A DNA stretch of 64,000 nucleotides from Blastocystis sp. Blastoise (GCA_039096225.1 JBBPEB010000014.1:992001-1056000), one strand, 5' to 3'; shown: positions 24,577 through 44,120, counted from the first letter of the stretch. Numbers and translations: made by a program. Notes: generated by a model not told the origin, from the sequence alone.

Positions 24577-26493
24577 TCCTCGATCATGGAAAGGTTGGAG
24601 AACGATCTTAAATAGGTTTTCAGCATATTTCAGATCAGTAATATTCCAAGGTACTGTTTGTCCTTTTTCAGGGTCCATTCCCATAGCGATAGCCATCTCC
24701 TTATAGAACTCTTCCACAAATTGTATTCCTTAAATATATATATATGAATAATAGATATATAAATAATATATATATTAATAATATATATGAACTATATATA
24801 GGTATATTAATTTGATATAGATAATTGAGAATATATATATATATACCAGCAGCAGGATGAATATTTAAAGTTGTATATATATTTCTTCGTTTCATATAGT
24901 TCATAAGATGAGAAGGAGAAGGGAATTCTTCATCATACCAAGTAAAACTATATATATATATACATATATTATTGTGTGAATAATAAATGAATATATATAT
25001 ATATACCCAGACCATCCTTGAATAGTGACATTATAAGGATTTGGTAAACCACGGGAATAACTATATATAAAATATAATAATTAAGAATATTATATAATTG
25101 ACGAAATATATATATATAAAATAGAATAGTGATAAAAAACAATATATATATATACCTCTTATGAAAGTCCATATCTAAAACCATAATATCAATAGGTATA
25201 CCAGTATTAGCAAATGTTTCTAAATATAATTTACGAACATCAGTATCAGTATATGCATGCCACTTAGAGTACCAAGTACCGAGAGAATATTTTGGAACAA
25301 TAGGAATAGGACCTGATAAAGTAGTAAATTCTTTAAGAGCCAGTTTATAATTATATCCATGTCCAAAGAAATAAAAATCATACTATATATAGTATATATA
25401 TAATAGTAAATATATACATATTTTTGATCTTCTTCAAGGGCTTCTGGTATTACTCCTATATAATAAAAATAATAAAAAAAATGTAATAATTAGCATAATA
25501 TATATAATATATATATACCCTCAGTCCACATCCAATCATATTTATCTGTATAACGAGGTCTGCGATCATCCACTATAATTGCCCAACCGTCACGTGATAT
25601 AACCCCTTTTTCACAATAATTTGAACTATCCCAAGACTCACCTATTCATTAAAGTATAATAAAATTATAATAAATAAGACTTTAATAAATAAAATAATAA
25701 TGAATAAAATAATAATGAATAATAATAAATAAAATTATAATAAATATAATAATAAATATAATAATAAATATAATAATAAATATAATTATATAATAATATA
25801 ATAAATATAATAGTATAATAAATATAATAATATAATAATAGCATACGTAAGCAGTCCATTCCAGCTATTCCATCTACTCCATCTAAAGTGCTAATAGCTC
25901 CATTTAATCGACCAGGATTCTTCATACCTATATAATATATATATACTATATTCTAACTCTATTCTATATAATAAATAATATATAGAAAATAGTTATATAA
26001 AGAAAATATGAATTATAATAAATAGTTCAATGTGATTTACCATAATGCCATTCAACTTTTTGATCTTTTTTCATTGTTATCTTTAGAGCATCAGGATTTG
26101 TAACAGTTCCAATCGTTGAATTATATTCAAGAATTAATGCATCAGTTTCAATTTTTATATAATCTGATTTTATTTCCTTTGTATATTTTGGAACTTGAAG
26201 ATTTCTTTGGAGAATAGCAAAAGAGGGTTCATCATGAAATTTAGGAGGAGTTAACTTAGAGTATTCTACACGAATAATCTATAAAAGAAGGAATTAGCAT
26301 AATAGTTTTATAAATTGGTAATATACATAATCTGTAAGAATAGTAAATCGCGCTCTTTCTAAAGTAACAACAGCCTCAGGATTAGCCACTGGATCAACTA
26401 AATACTATAAAAAAACTCATTCAAAAATAAGTATATACATCCTTCAAAGGCAAGACAGGCAGCAAAGCAAAACAAAAACAAGAATACTTTCAT
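22122..26493 (-). CDS. Secreted glycoside hydrolase family 31 (GH31_u1-type alpha-glucosidase, with DUF5110-like C-terminal domain), many small exons
   Basis: Signal peptide MKVFLFLFCFAACLA. Motifs: ARFTILTD..IRVEY, GVISRDGW, DFYFFGHGYNYK.ALKEFTTLSGPIPIVPKYSLGTWYS, GIPIDIMVLDMDFH, TLNIHPAAG, FWWIDYQQ (nucleophile Asp), RFGGLGTHRYPIGFSGDT (acid/base Asp), YMFGKDIVVAPV, VPVFAKAGSIIPM. Stop follows ..TPQKK. Confidence 0.93.
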
Positions 26494-27254
26494 ATTATAA
26501 CACAATAACATTAAATTGTAATTACCTTTTAAGATATAAACAAAAGAGGTTTTTGAAATCTAAAAACAGAAATCTCACCTCACTTTTTGATTCATTGTAT
26601 TGGATATAAAGAGAGATTAGCCAATAAAAACGAATTTTTCAAGTGGAATTGTATTTAAATCTCAGTTGTTCATTATTTGTTTCAAAAACCCATATTTTTT
26701 CTGGATTTCACCAAAAGAATCTATCACTAATGGTGTTGCAATTCATTTATGAATTCCTCTATATTCAAATATCTGGGAAACAGGGTAAAATTATTGTATC
26801 AAATTGTCTTTTTTTATCATTAAAACGCAATGAAATAATTTTTTATGGTAATAGATGATAGGAGTATGATATTAAGTCTAAGTGTGAAATAAATGAGAAT
26901 GTTTTTTGAGTTTTTATATTTAATTTTTGTCCTTTTTCTTCTTTTAAAAGTATTTCGGATAAAAATATAAAGGATAATATATAAAAAAAATATATTGTTT
27001 TTAACGATAAATAAGAAAAAGAAATAAAGATATACATTAAAAAAAAATAGAATAAGAAAATGAACATGTTATATTAGATATAAGACACAGTAATGAATAC
27101 ATATGAATTAATAAGAAAAGATAACAAGAAAATAATTAGAATACAAAAAAAAAATGAATATAAATATGATTTTTTAAAAAATAGAGCTTATTCTATTATT
27201 AGGGTTAATGATTTGTAATTATGAATATTATAATTATTATACACATAATAATAA

Positions 27255-28114
27255 TTACTTGACAGCTAATAGTTTCTTCTCTCTTATGGCAAGTTGAGTT
27301 CTTATACTTTTATATCCCATTCTCTCTTTTGTTTTTAAACCAGAACATGTCTATATATTATTATACTTATATTTATTATATTATATATTATATTATATAT
27401 TATATTTATATTTATTATCAATTATATTTATTATTAATATATATACAAAGCATAATAATATTATTACAAATATGAAGAGTCCACAGGAAAGATAAACTAA
27501 CTATATATATATAATAAATAAGTGAAATAATATATATATATATGTTCATAAATATACTATAGTAACACTATTATTACAGTAGGTAGATTGTATAGAATTA
27601 TAAGTATTACTAATATCCTCACATCTATATATATATTATTAATTACTTTTATTTACAAATAAAAAAACTCATAAATAACAAATATATATATATATATATA
27701 TATAATATACTTTTTGTCTCCACAGTCAAACTGATTAAGATCTGAAATCGACTGAACAATAGGATTAATACAATTACAGGATGTTGAAGATATAGAAGAA
27801 TGTAATGTATTCAGTATATCTTGATAATTACCGATAGAAGCTACATATTGTTTAAAAGGTTGATTTATAAAAGGAACTATTTTCTGAAGCTCCTCATTGG
27901 CTAATTGACGGGAACACGAATAAGCCCATTGGTTAATAATTATAGGGTCTATACTAGGGGATCGAATGAAAACAGATTGAATAAATGTCTATATATATAT
28001 ATTATAGTAACTATTAATTATATTAATTATATTAATTATAATAGTATATATATACATAGGGATCTGGATCATCCATTGGATTACATAGATTATCCGATGT
28101 AAAAGGAATAAATG

Positions 28115-28154
<40 letters not shown>

Positions 28155-28295
28155 ATCTTAAATACATACATAAATCATTATATAGGTGTGTGGATGAAAT
28201 ATAAGTATTCAATGTGTTTAAAGAAGTGGAGCAATCATCATGAAGATTAGAGAGAAATGCAGTAAAAGCCGTGATATCCTATATAGAGAAGTAAT

Positions 28296-28326
<31 letters not shown>

Positions 28327-28337
28327 ATATTAATAAT

Positions 28338-28374
<37 letters not shown>

Positions 28375-28395
28375 GTATAAAAATAGTATAATAAC

Positions 28396-28437
<42 letters not shown>

Positions 28438-29829
28438 ATATATATATACAGATTGAATATCATTTGATAATTGAGTAGTTGTTGATGATTTATCTCTTGT
28501 TATATAGGGACAAGTAAGACGATCTGTAATAAGAGACATATCCACAACAGAAGATATATAGGAATTATCCTTAAATATACTATTTGCAACTAGAAATATA
28601 TATATATATAATAGACTAACAATATTTCAGCAGAAAAAATAATAATAAATAAATAAAAAAAATGAAAATAATAATTAGAAAATAAACAGTTCAAATGATA
28701 TAATTAGAATATAAATAATTATATTATATGATAAATATACTCTTAATAACTTGATTATTCATAATATCTGGATATTTATTATTTAATACATCAGTTTCTA
28801 ATAAACATACTATATATATGTAAATAAATAAATTAATTAATTATAATTCTTTATTAAAAATTAGTTATAATAAGAATATATAAATAACAAGAGATACCAT
28901 CTGTGTTTACAAGTGCAACGGGGAATAGTATTCCAGAAAGGAGAGCAAAGAATAATAGACAAGGAGAAAGAAGACACATAGAGAAACCAAATGTAGTAGA
29001 ATAGCATCCCGTAAAAGAAATAAAAGTGAATAATTGTGGTAATATGGTAAATAAGAGTACATAAATAGAAATTCCCATAAAACAATAGCGTAATATTTCT
29101 GGAATTGGAATACTTTCAGGTTGTTTAAGAATATTCAGATAACTCTGAATATATTGAATTATCATATCTAAGAGTGATTGTGCAAATCTATAGAAATATA
29201 TATAATAATTAACAAAAATATTAATATAAATATAAATAATTACTATAAATATTAATAAATATAAAAATAGAAGAATTATTGATATATATATACTGCATAA
29301 AAGAGTAGAATGATGAGAAATAAGAACTAATGGTATCTGCATTATATTTAGAGAGAAATACACCCTAAATAAATAAAATGAATAGTATATATATATAGTT
29401 AATTAGTAAATAAAATAAATAATATTAAAAATGAATATTACTATTATATATATATACATCTTCAAGAAGTCGTTGTTCATCAGTAGATATAAATCGTTCG
29501 GTGTAATTATGAACTTTATAATATAAGCTATTCAATGATTCAGAAGTAATACAATTATGATTATAATAATCACAATTACTATATATATATAATATAATGT
29601 AATAGTATAGATACATATATATGTAATATATATATATATACCTAGGATAATATCTTGGTGTAAAATTACTGACAAATATAGTATTATATTGATCATACTA
29701 GATATATATATATATAATAATTATGTATAATTTTTTTATATGTATATATACAGTAGCTTTTCCAGTAGCAATTGAAGTTTCATCCACTGTGAAGTAATTA
29801 CTAGAAAAACATAAAAATAATAATAATAA

Positions 29830-29868
<39 letters not shown>

Positions 29869-30953
29869 ATATATAAATAAATATATAAATAAGCATCTAA
29901 ATAAAAACATATATTGAATATACTCTACACAAGTTACTTGTTCAACTGCTGTTGATTGTACAGTAGAAACAGAAGTCACAAGATCTGAAGATCGATTATA
30001 AAGAAGATTTATAAATGTTATGGGCACAGAGACACCTGTTGTATAGTAATTTGTCATTGTCTACATAGAATTATAATAATAATATATATAATGATAAATA
30101 AGAATAATAAATATAAATATAATAATAAATATAAATATAATAATAAATATAAATATAATAATAAATATAAATATCCCATAACAACATAATTCTTTAATTA
30201 AATAGAATATAAGCAAAAAATATATATTGATATCCATAACAATAAAAAAAAACATATAATAATATATTCATACATATGTATAGCAATAGAATAAAACCAT
30301 TATGCAAATACACACTAAAGAATATAAGAATGTGCATAAACAAGAAGACCATTGTTCAATCTTATCATATCCAGTTATTGTTTGAACGAGACTAGGTCGA
30401 CTCTTACACTATAATCATGATGATGTAATAATATATTTATATTAGACATTTATATCTAAAAAAAATAAAAACAAACTATATATAATAATATTTAATTGTA
30501 AAATAAAACATACACAACAACCACAACTTCGTAAGCAAACAGATAAGAATCCAATAATTGCTACGACTAAGATAATCATCGCAGGAATCAACATCAATAC
30601 GATTTGGGTATAATAACTCTAAATATTTATATAGAGAATACGAATTCATAGTTAATCTTAATTTATATGGAATAATTCTTATAATAAGCTTACAGTTATA
30701 TCGTTCAACGCATCTTTGATAGCTTTTGAGTCATGGTTTAGAAGTTTCTAAAAGAATGACAAAAATAAAAAAAGTTAATATACAGTGATAGCTGGAAGGA
30801 TATCAACTCCAGACACAGTCTTATTAATCACTTCATCTACAAAAGGAATAGAAGGAGTTGTGTCCGCTGAAACAAAACTATACATCATAACAAAACTTTA
30901 AAAATAGTATACATGACTAGAAGTAAGATAAATAAATATATTTGATGTTTCAT
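27255..30953 (-). CDS. Five-TM membrane protein with prominin/tweety-like topology, many exons
   Basis: Signal peptide MKHQIYLFILLLVM. TM1 (IVLMLIPAMIILVVAIIGFLSVCL) is followed by a Cys-rich loop RSCGC, then TM2, a large loop, the TM3/TM4 pair (YCFMGISIYVLLF..; FSMCLLSPCLLFFALLSGILFPVALV), a second large Cys-containing loop, TM5, and a basic tail ending ..KKLLAVK-TAA. The family call rests on topology only. Confidence 0.6.
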
Positions 30954-31194
30954 TATAATTTAGAAATGAAAATATAATAAAATAAACACACCTTTATATT
31001 TAAAATATGAAGAAACTGAACTTTACTAATTTATTTTGCTAAAAAGTGACTGATAAGTTGAATTCAGACCCAATTTCAGTCAATAAAAACCATGGAGAAA
31101 AGAATGAATTGTTTTTTTTTGGAATTAAAAATTTAAATAGTTTCTTTCTATTCGTTTATAATTTGTTGGACATCTTAATAATAGAAATTCGAAT

Positions 31195-33192
31195 ATGGAA
31201 AACAACCGTATATATTTCATGAATATTACTTAACATCATTCTCTCTTTTTTTGTAGAATTAAAGAGAACAGTATCTGATTGTGATGGCCAAAATAATGTA
31301 TATTTCTAATATGAATTTAAAATTAAAATATAATTATTATTTATATATATTTTTTAAAGAATCAAAATGTACCAGAAAAAGTAGATAGTTCCATGTATTT
31401 TCTTAATAATAATATGAGGAAATGTATACTATCAATAATAGTGAATATGGGAAATCAGAAAATAAGCCAGTTGAACAAGAATCATCTTTACATGAATCAA
31501 AGTATTGTTAGGTTATATTTAGTTCAACACTGTGATTTTTTTTATTATCTTGAGTTATTTTCAATTTAGTCTATATGCCTTTTTATTCTTATTTATCTCA
31601 AATAAAATGTTTTTCTCATATAATTTCAATAGTTGCTCGTTTTTTTTTAATACATAATTCTTAATATTTATAATAATGAAACCCATTTATTAATTTATAT
31701 ATAGAAAGTTGAAAACTGAAGATAATGATTCCATTGAGAATAATGAAAACAACAAAGAAATGAATACAGATAAGGTCACAAGTCAAGAAAGTATATATAA
31801 ATATAGAATTAATAAAGTATATGTTTTCTATAGAACCTGTAAAAACATTCTTTGGTGTTCCAGTGTCTCAAAGTATTTTCAATCATTCTATATTAATATA
31901 TTAATTAATAAAAGATATTTTGATAATACTTGATAATTGAATGAGTTATATATACATATATAGTATCAAAAAGTAATTTTTCAGGTGGTATTACCCAATT
32001 CTCTTCTTCTTCTTCTTTTAAACCAATTACTTCTAATGGTATTTTCTCCTCTTCAAAGACTGGATTTGGTGCTTTAAATGCTTTAAAGCCAACTTCATCT
32101 CCTTTTAGTTCATTGAGTAATACAATTAAAAAAGATAGTTCTGTTAGTACTCTAGGTTCAATAACAAATAATTCTCCTATACCAATCAAGTCTACAATAG
32201 GCACTCCTTCTACTATAAAGTCTCCATTGAATCCTATTTCTTCAATAACTACTACTTCAAATACTGATATTCATTGTTCAGAATCTACTAATACAACGAA
32301 TCAAGGTATTTCTTTATATAATATACAATTGTTTAACTAATACAATATTTTTTTAATTATTATTATATAGAAAGTAATTCAAAAGAAGATGATCCTAAAA
32401 ATGAAACCATTCTTTGCCATGTATATACAATTATATGTATTATTAACATGAGTATTATGATTATTTTTATTATTCAAAGTATTATTCTCTTATTATTATA
32501 AATCTTTATCCATATATAAATATTAGCCTAATTATTCAATTTTGTCATTTTTTCTAGTATATATATTCTATATAGTATCGTATAAAATTATATCGTCTTC
32601 GAGATAATCATTATAATGATTGTGGAACAGGTCCTCTTGAAATAATTCATATCAAAAAGGTTTGTTTTTTATTCTATTGTGTTTTTATTCTATATTATAT
32701 GTATTTTTTTTTATTAAATAATTATTATACTTATTATTCTATATAATAATAAATATTATTATATTAATTATTCAATATTATATGCTTTTTTTATTAAATA
32801 ATAATAATCATTATTATATAGAATAATGAGAAAGATTGTGTATTATGTACAGTTGGGAGAGAATCAACAAATGGTATTTCTTTGTTTTAATTATTATAAT
32901 GATTATTAATACTTATTAAATAATTCAATAATATAGGTGGCAAGTCATATATGACATTATTAAGTGAATATCTATTTAAAGAAATAAGATATGAGAAACA
33001 AACTTCAAAAATCATTCGAATTACTTTTTATCATGAACAACCTATCACTTATTTATTTAAAGTATATTCTATCTTATTTATTATATTTATTATTATTATT
33101 ATTACTATTCTATATAGACAACAACAGATAAAGAATGTGAGAATTTATATACTGATATTCAGAAAGCCATTAATACTCTTGATTCCAAATAA
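31195..33192 (+). CDS. Ran-binding (RanBP1-type) domain protein, Nup50/Nup2/RanBP3-like
   Basis: N-terminal LKRTVSD, a Ser/Thr-rich middle with FG/FS motifs (TFFGV, KTGFGA), and a C-terminal ETILCH|YRIKLYRL..DCGTGPLEI..GRESTN..YLFK|TTTDKECENLY that resembles a RanBD fold. TAA at 33190-33192. Confidence 0.7.
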
Positions 33193-34001
33193 TTTTTATT
33201 TATAATCATTTTATTATTACTTATTTTTAAAATATCATTTTACCAATTTTTTCTTTGTTTACAATTCTTATTCATTTATAAAACAATTTGCTAACGTCTC
33301 TATAACACTGATTATTATGCATTTCCTCATTGAAAGAATCAAATAAATAGGTGAACTTCTCCCCTAGATGAACTTTTACTCATAAAACAAATTTTTGTTC
33401 TTTAATCAACAAAATATAGTTATATATATATAAATAATATTGATCTACAACAAAGAATTTATGTGATTTACACAAATCAAACTTAAAAAAGCAAATTTAA
33501 AAAATATATATTTTGTCTAAACTATTTTAAATGATTATCAGACTAATGCCTATTTTATATTAATGATCATTTATCTTATTTAACCATGTTATAAAATGAA
33601 ATAACAAAAAAAGTCTAAAATGGAAGCGAAAGCAGTTTACGTTAACAATATCTCCATAATAACGTGTCAAGAAGATCTCAATATCATTTATAACTTGCTC
33701 ACAACTCATAAGAATCGCATTTTCTCCACATCTCCAAGTTTTCTCATTTTCAAGAATGTTTTTCTACTAAAGTTCTATACCGCGATTCTTATCGCTACAC
33801 AAGTCAGAAACAAACTATTTCCATGAATATTAATTCCTTGTGCATAGTAATCACAAATTCTCATGATTATTATAAATACAATTTTCCATATTCGTTGATT
33901 ATACTTTATACCCTTTTTTTTGCTGATTCATACTTTTTATACGAAGGAACAAGGGACAATTTTTATTTTAATTATCATTATAATATAACTGATTATTTAT
34001 A

Positions 34002-37000
34002 ATGAAATCCATATTCATCTTCATGTTTATGCTTCTTGCATTCGCTGAGATTAGTAAATAAATAATTTTCATAAGTTCAAACTAATTATTTTTATAAATC
34101 TATAGCTTGTAACAGCGATTCTCAAAGTAGTGTAACTCTCAGAGTCTCTGGACCTCTTAGCAAAGAGTACAGTGATGAAACAAATGATGTTTTTACTATT
34201 GCCTTAAGCTATTATAATGGTGATAATATTATAGTTAATGATTATAACTTTTGCTTTCTTCCTGCTGAGGGTGGTGCTAATACTGGTAATTATTGTCAAA
34301 AGACTTACTCATTTAGTTATAAGCAAATTGAAGAAAACACTGCATCCGTCGATCTTTGCTTCCCATTTAAAGGAGATGGAAATAATGCTAATGTTGTTAA
34401 TTTTGATCCAGCAGCATCTACAGTGTTTGGTGCTTGCTTAGAACTTTTTAACAGTGTTGAAAACAGCATTTATTATACAAAGAATTGCTATTATTCCTCA
34501 GAGAATCTTCAAACTTTCAATGAGTATTTCGTTTCAGAGAGTCAAACAGAAGCTGCTTTTACGGGATCTCTGAAAACTACTGTTTATGTTGATAGTGTCA
34601 ATCCTTTTGTTCTTCATCCTACAATTGCTTTATCTGTTGCAAATGATGCAGTTACTGTAAATCAATTAACTGCTACTTATATTCAATCTATTGAATTTAA
34701 TTCCGATCCTCAAATTTCTGGATTATCTTTCGATGAAAAGCGTTATGTCTTTTCTGGTACTGTCTCTTTTACTGGAGATTCTGCTTCCGTTAGTGTTCTT
34801 AATAATCAAAATACAAACACACAATATTCATTTACTCTTACAAAATTTTCTTGTAGTGGTGAAAACGCTGGTAAATATCCTGTTATCTTAACACTTTCTC
34901 ATAAGACTGCTAGGTATAATTTAATATTCAGAATTGAGCAAGGTGAAACTGTTATTGGATCTACATATTTAGATGCAGATCCTACTGATACATGGCCTAA
35001 TGAATTAAAGAGAAAAAGTGAAGATGGAGATGAAATTTATGAACTTGGTATTTGTTTAGAACCTGGTGATTATTCATTAACTATGTCTATGCTTTATATA
35101 AGTGGTCCATTTGTAAATCAACTTGCTAAAGGTCAATCTTGGCCTGAAGATTCTTTTTTAACTATTTCTGTATTATCTGGAACTGCTGCTAACGGTCTTA
35201 CTCATGATTTTAATGGATATACAGTAGGTGATTTTGCTTTTACTGCTTCTCTTGAAGATGATCATTTGACTCCTGTAGCTGATACTACTACTACTTTTTC
35301 TATTGGACCTAAAGAATGTAAGACAGGTGAGAGAGTCGTTATTATCGATAAACTTGGTTCAACAGAAGCTGGTTTTGAAGGTTTTTCTATTTATTCTAAA
35401 GATATAAGTTCTGGAGAAACTACTCTTCTTAATACATATGTTGGCTTTGCTAGTCTATATTCCTCTCGTTTCTCTCCTGTATTTAGAACTTTTGTATGTT
35501 TAGCTGAAAATCAATATTATACTATTCGTGCTTTTTCAAAGGGTGATTATGAAGTGACCAATAATGTTGTTACTCTAGTCAACGAGTGTCCTGCTTGGTC
35601 TACTGATTTATCAGTTGAAAGTTTAACTTATTATGATATCTATACTCGTACAGAAGTTACTCAACGTCATACTTCTTTAATTTGTGTATCTGTCTTATCA
35701 GAGAATTCTTATTATGGTGGAGAATTTATAAGTGATCCTGAATATAATAGTTTCTGTTCTAATGGTAATGCTGTTCTTAACGATGCAACTATTGATCGTA
35801 ATGATATAATAGATGCATATACTTGTGAACATTCTTTTGATTTTTATTTATATAAATATGCTACCTTTATTTCTAAGAGAAATGATGATACTAATTATGT
35901 AAGTAAAACCATAGAAATGAAAGAAAGTGATGTTTACAATTTTAAATTTGTTTGTAATGAACAAGATGATAGTAGTAATTGTAAATATATTGAATCTTAT
36001 TCTATAATTTGTTCTTTATCTAATGCAGATGATGCCACTCCTGTTGATTGTGGTACGTATGGTATTGTCTTAGATGGTAATACTATTACTAGTTTAGCTA
36101 TAAATGGTGATGATACAGCTGTAACTGTTTATTTAACTATTATACCTAATGTTAAATCTGAATATTATTATTATAAAGGTGTATCTGATAAATTTACTAT
36201 TACTATTAATAAATTACCTCCTCCCGCCAATGCTTTTACTGTAAAACAAGATAATGTTTTAGCTATACCTAAAGCTACTTATCAAAGTGATATTACTACA
36301 TTTATATGTAAATTTGATAATGATGTTCCTCTTACTGCTAATGAAGTTACTATTGAAGATGATAGTGCTACGAATCATTATAATATACAATTTTCTGTTT
36401 CTTCTTATTCTTCTTTTAGTTGTACATTAGGAGATCATTCCTTTGATGTATATGTTCGACCTGTATGTAAAGATCTTGATGGATATATGCTTCAAGAACA
36501 TGGAGATGTTGAAAATCCTGTTTGTAATGAAAATGGATATACTACTCAAACTTTATGTGCTTATAATCCTATGATTAAACGTGCAGAACTTGTTTATAAA
36601 ACTATTCCTTGTCGTAGTAGTGTTAGTACATTATCACTTGATTATAATGAAAATATGGGTCCTGAAGATGAAAGTATTCCTGCTGGTCATACTGAAGTTA
36701 CTTCTAATTTCTGTTTAGGTTCTACTATTACTACAGATTATCCATCTATCAAAAGCAATCCTTCTTGGTATTTTAAAGCTATTGAAACTTCATTTAAAGA
36801 AGCTTTTACTGTTCCTTTAAGAGATGTTTATGTAATTCGTCGTTATGTTAGTGATGAATCGGATTGTATAACTGTTTTATTTGATGCTCCTTATGGTGAA
36901 AAAGATGATATTATATCTCTTTTAGATGAAAATGGTTTTATGGATAGTGTTAATGGTTATTTACAAACTCTTGATAATGTACATTTTACTGATACTTTAG

Positions 37001-37818
37001 GATTTGAACATGTTGATTCTAATGGTGGTCAACATTCTGCTATGTGTGCTACAGAAATTGTTACTGAAGTTAAATTCTTATATTATCCTGATAATGTAAC
37101 TGCTACTCCTGTTGTTGCTACTCTTAATAATATTCAATTTAATTCAACTTATGCATTCTATTATTCATATACTCCTATTCCTGATTATCTTAATGCTACT
37201 TATAATGGTCAATTAACTAGATTATGTAAACCTACTTATTTTGATAGTGTTTTTACAGATGTATCTACTAATTCTTTAGTTCAAGTTATAGATTTAACTT
37301 GGTGGGATTTACCTATGGTTGTATATATTACCGGATTTGATGTTCGTGCTGCTAATTTCGATGTCCGTTATGCTCTTCAACGTGCGTTAACTCGTTTGGC
37401 TTTTAATGATCCTACTGGTGTTTTTGAACATATGACACGTGATGTTAATGTATATAATGTACATGGTGTAGATGTTAATCATATAGAAGATGACGATGAA
37501 ACAGCTATTGTTAATCCTGATCCTCGTGTTTATAAAGATACTGCTTTCTCTGTTGTTATTCGTGTTAAAGATAATACTGAAATTGCTGATTGGTATGACC
37601 ATATGAATGCTCATATATGTTTAAAGAGTAGTCTAGTTCGTGGGCAATTACGTGAAGGTATTTCTGATTTAATGCTTGGATTTATGCAAAAACAATTAGG
37701 TAAAGATAAAGATGGTAGTCCTATATTTAAGTTAGAAAATAGAGAAATGCGTCTTTATTTACCTGATTATTATGATCCTAAAGGACTTCCTACTAAAGCT
37801 CCTACCGCTTCTCTTTAA
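34002..37818 (+). CDS. Large secreted Cys-containing protein C (about 1,250 aa), uncharacterised; paralog of the gene at 60847-64000
   Basis: Signal peptide MKSIFIFMFMLLAFAEI, one short intron (about 34054-34105), then a 3.7-kb open exon with strong T-ending codon bias. No C-terminal TM or GPI signal is visible. It is collinear with the ORF at 60847..63573. Confidence 0.88.
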
Positions 37819-38734
37819 AGAATTTTAAATATATAAATTAGTGTAAATATATATTACTTTATATATTCATATTTATTAATTTTATATAATTATTTGTTTT
37901 TATATATATTAATTCTATTCACTCTGCTGTATCTTTATTATATATACTTTGTTCTAATTCTTATATATTCTTGACCTCTTCTTAAGGCTATTTAATATTC
38001 TATATATATCTATATATATATTCATATTTATCATTATCTTTTGGTACACTCTTTATATATATATATTGTTTTAATTAATTATTATATATTTATTTATGTA
38101 AAATATTTAGAAAAATTTTATGTTTTTCTGGTTCTTAATATAATAAATCAATCTGATTTAGGCACAATTTTTTTTTTTTCTTTTTATTTATAATTTATAA
38201 TTATATATCTATAAATATATTGGTTATCTTCAGTATATTTTCTTCTTTATATTTCTAAAGCTCTCTCTATATTTCTGTAAATGTAATAATAAGTATATAT
38301 TGATTCCATTTATGGTAATCATCTTATAGTTATTATTGCTTCATATTTTCAGCTGTTTTTCTTATACTATGTATATTTTCATTGTTAATCGATATTTCTT
38401 TCAAGTTTTTACATATTGATTCAATGTTTTTTTTTTTTTTTGTATATATATATATTTTTCTCTCTTTAATAGGTGTTCTATATATTTCTATTGTTATACA
38501 ACTCAATAATTGTGTTTTTCTTGTGGTTATCTTCATCAAATCCTTATATTTATTTGTGCTTATTTATTTATACTAATTAATTTTAACTTGTACCAAATGA
38601 ATTATTTTTTTTAAGTGATTGTTTTTTATTTTGTTTATAACTGTATTATTATACCATACGAAGACTACATTAGAAACAAAGAATGAAACACTTATTGACA
38701 AAAGTAATACATATAATAAAATGAATAGTATATA

Positions 38735-44120
<5,386 letters not shown>

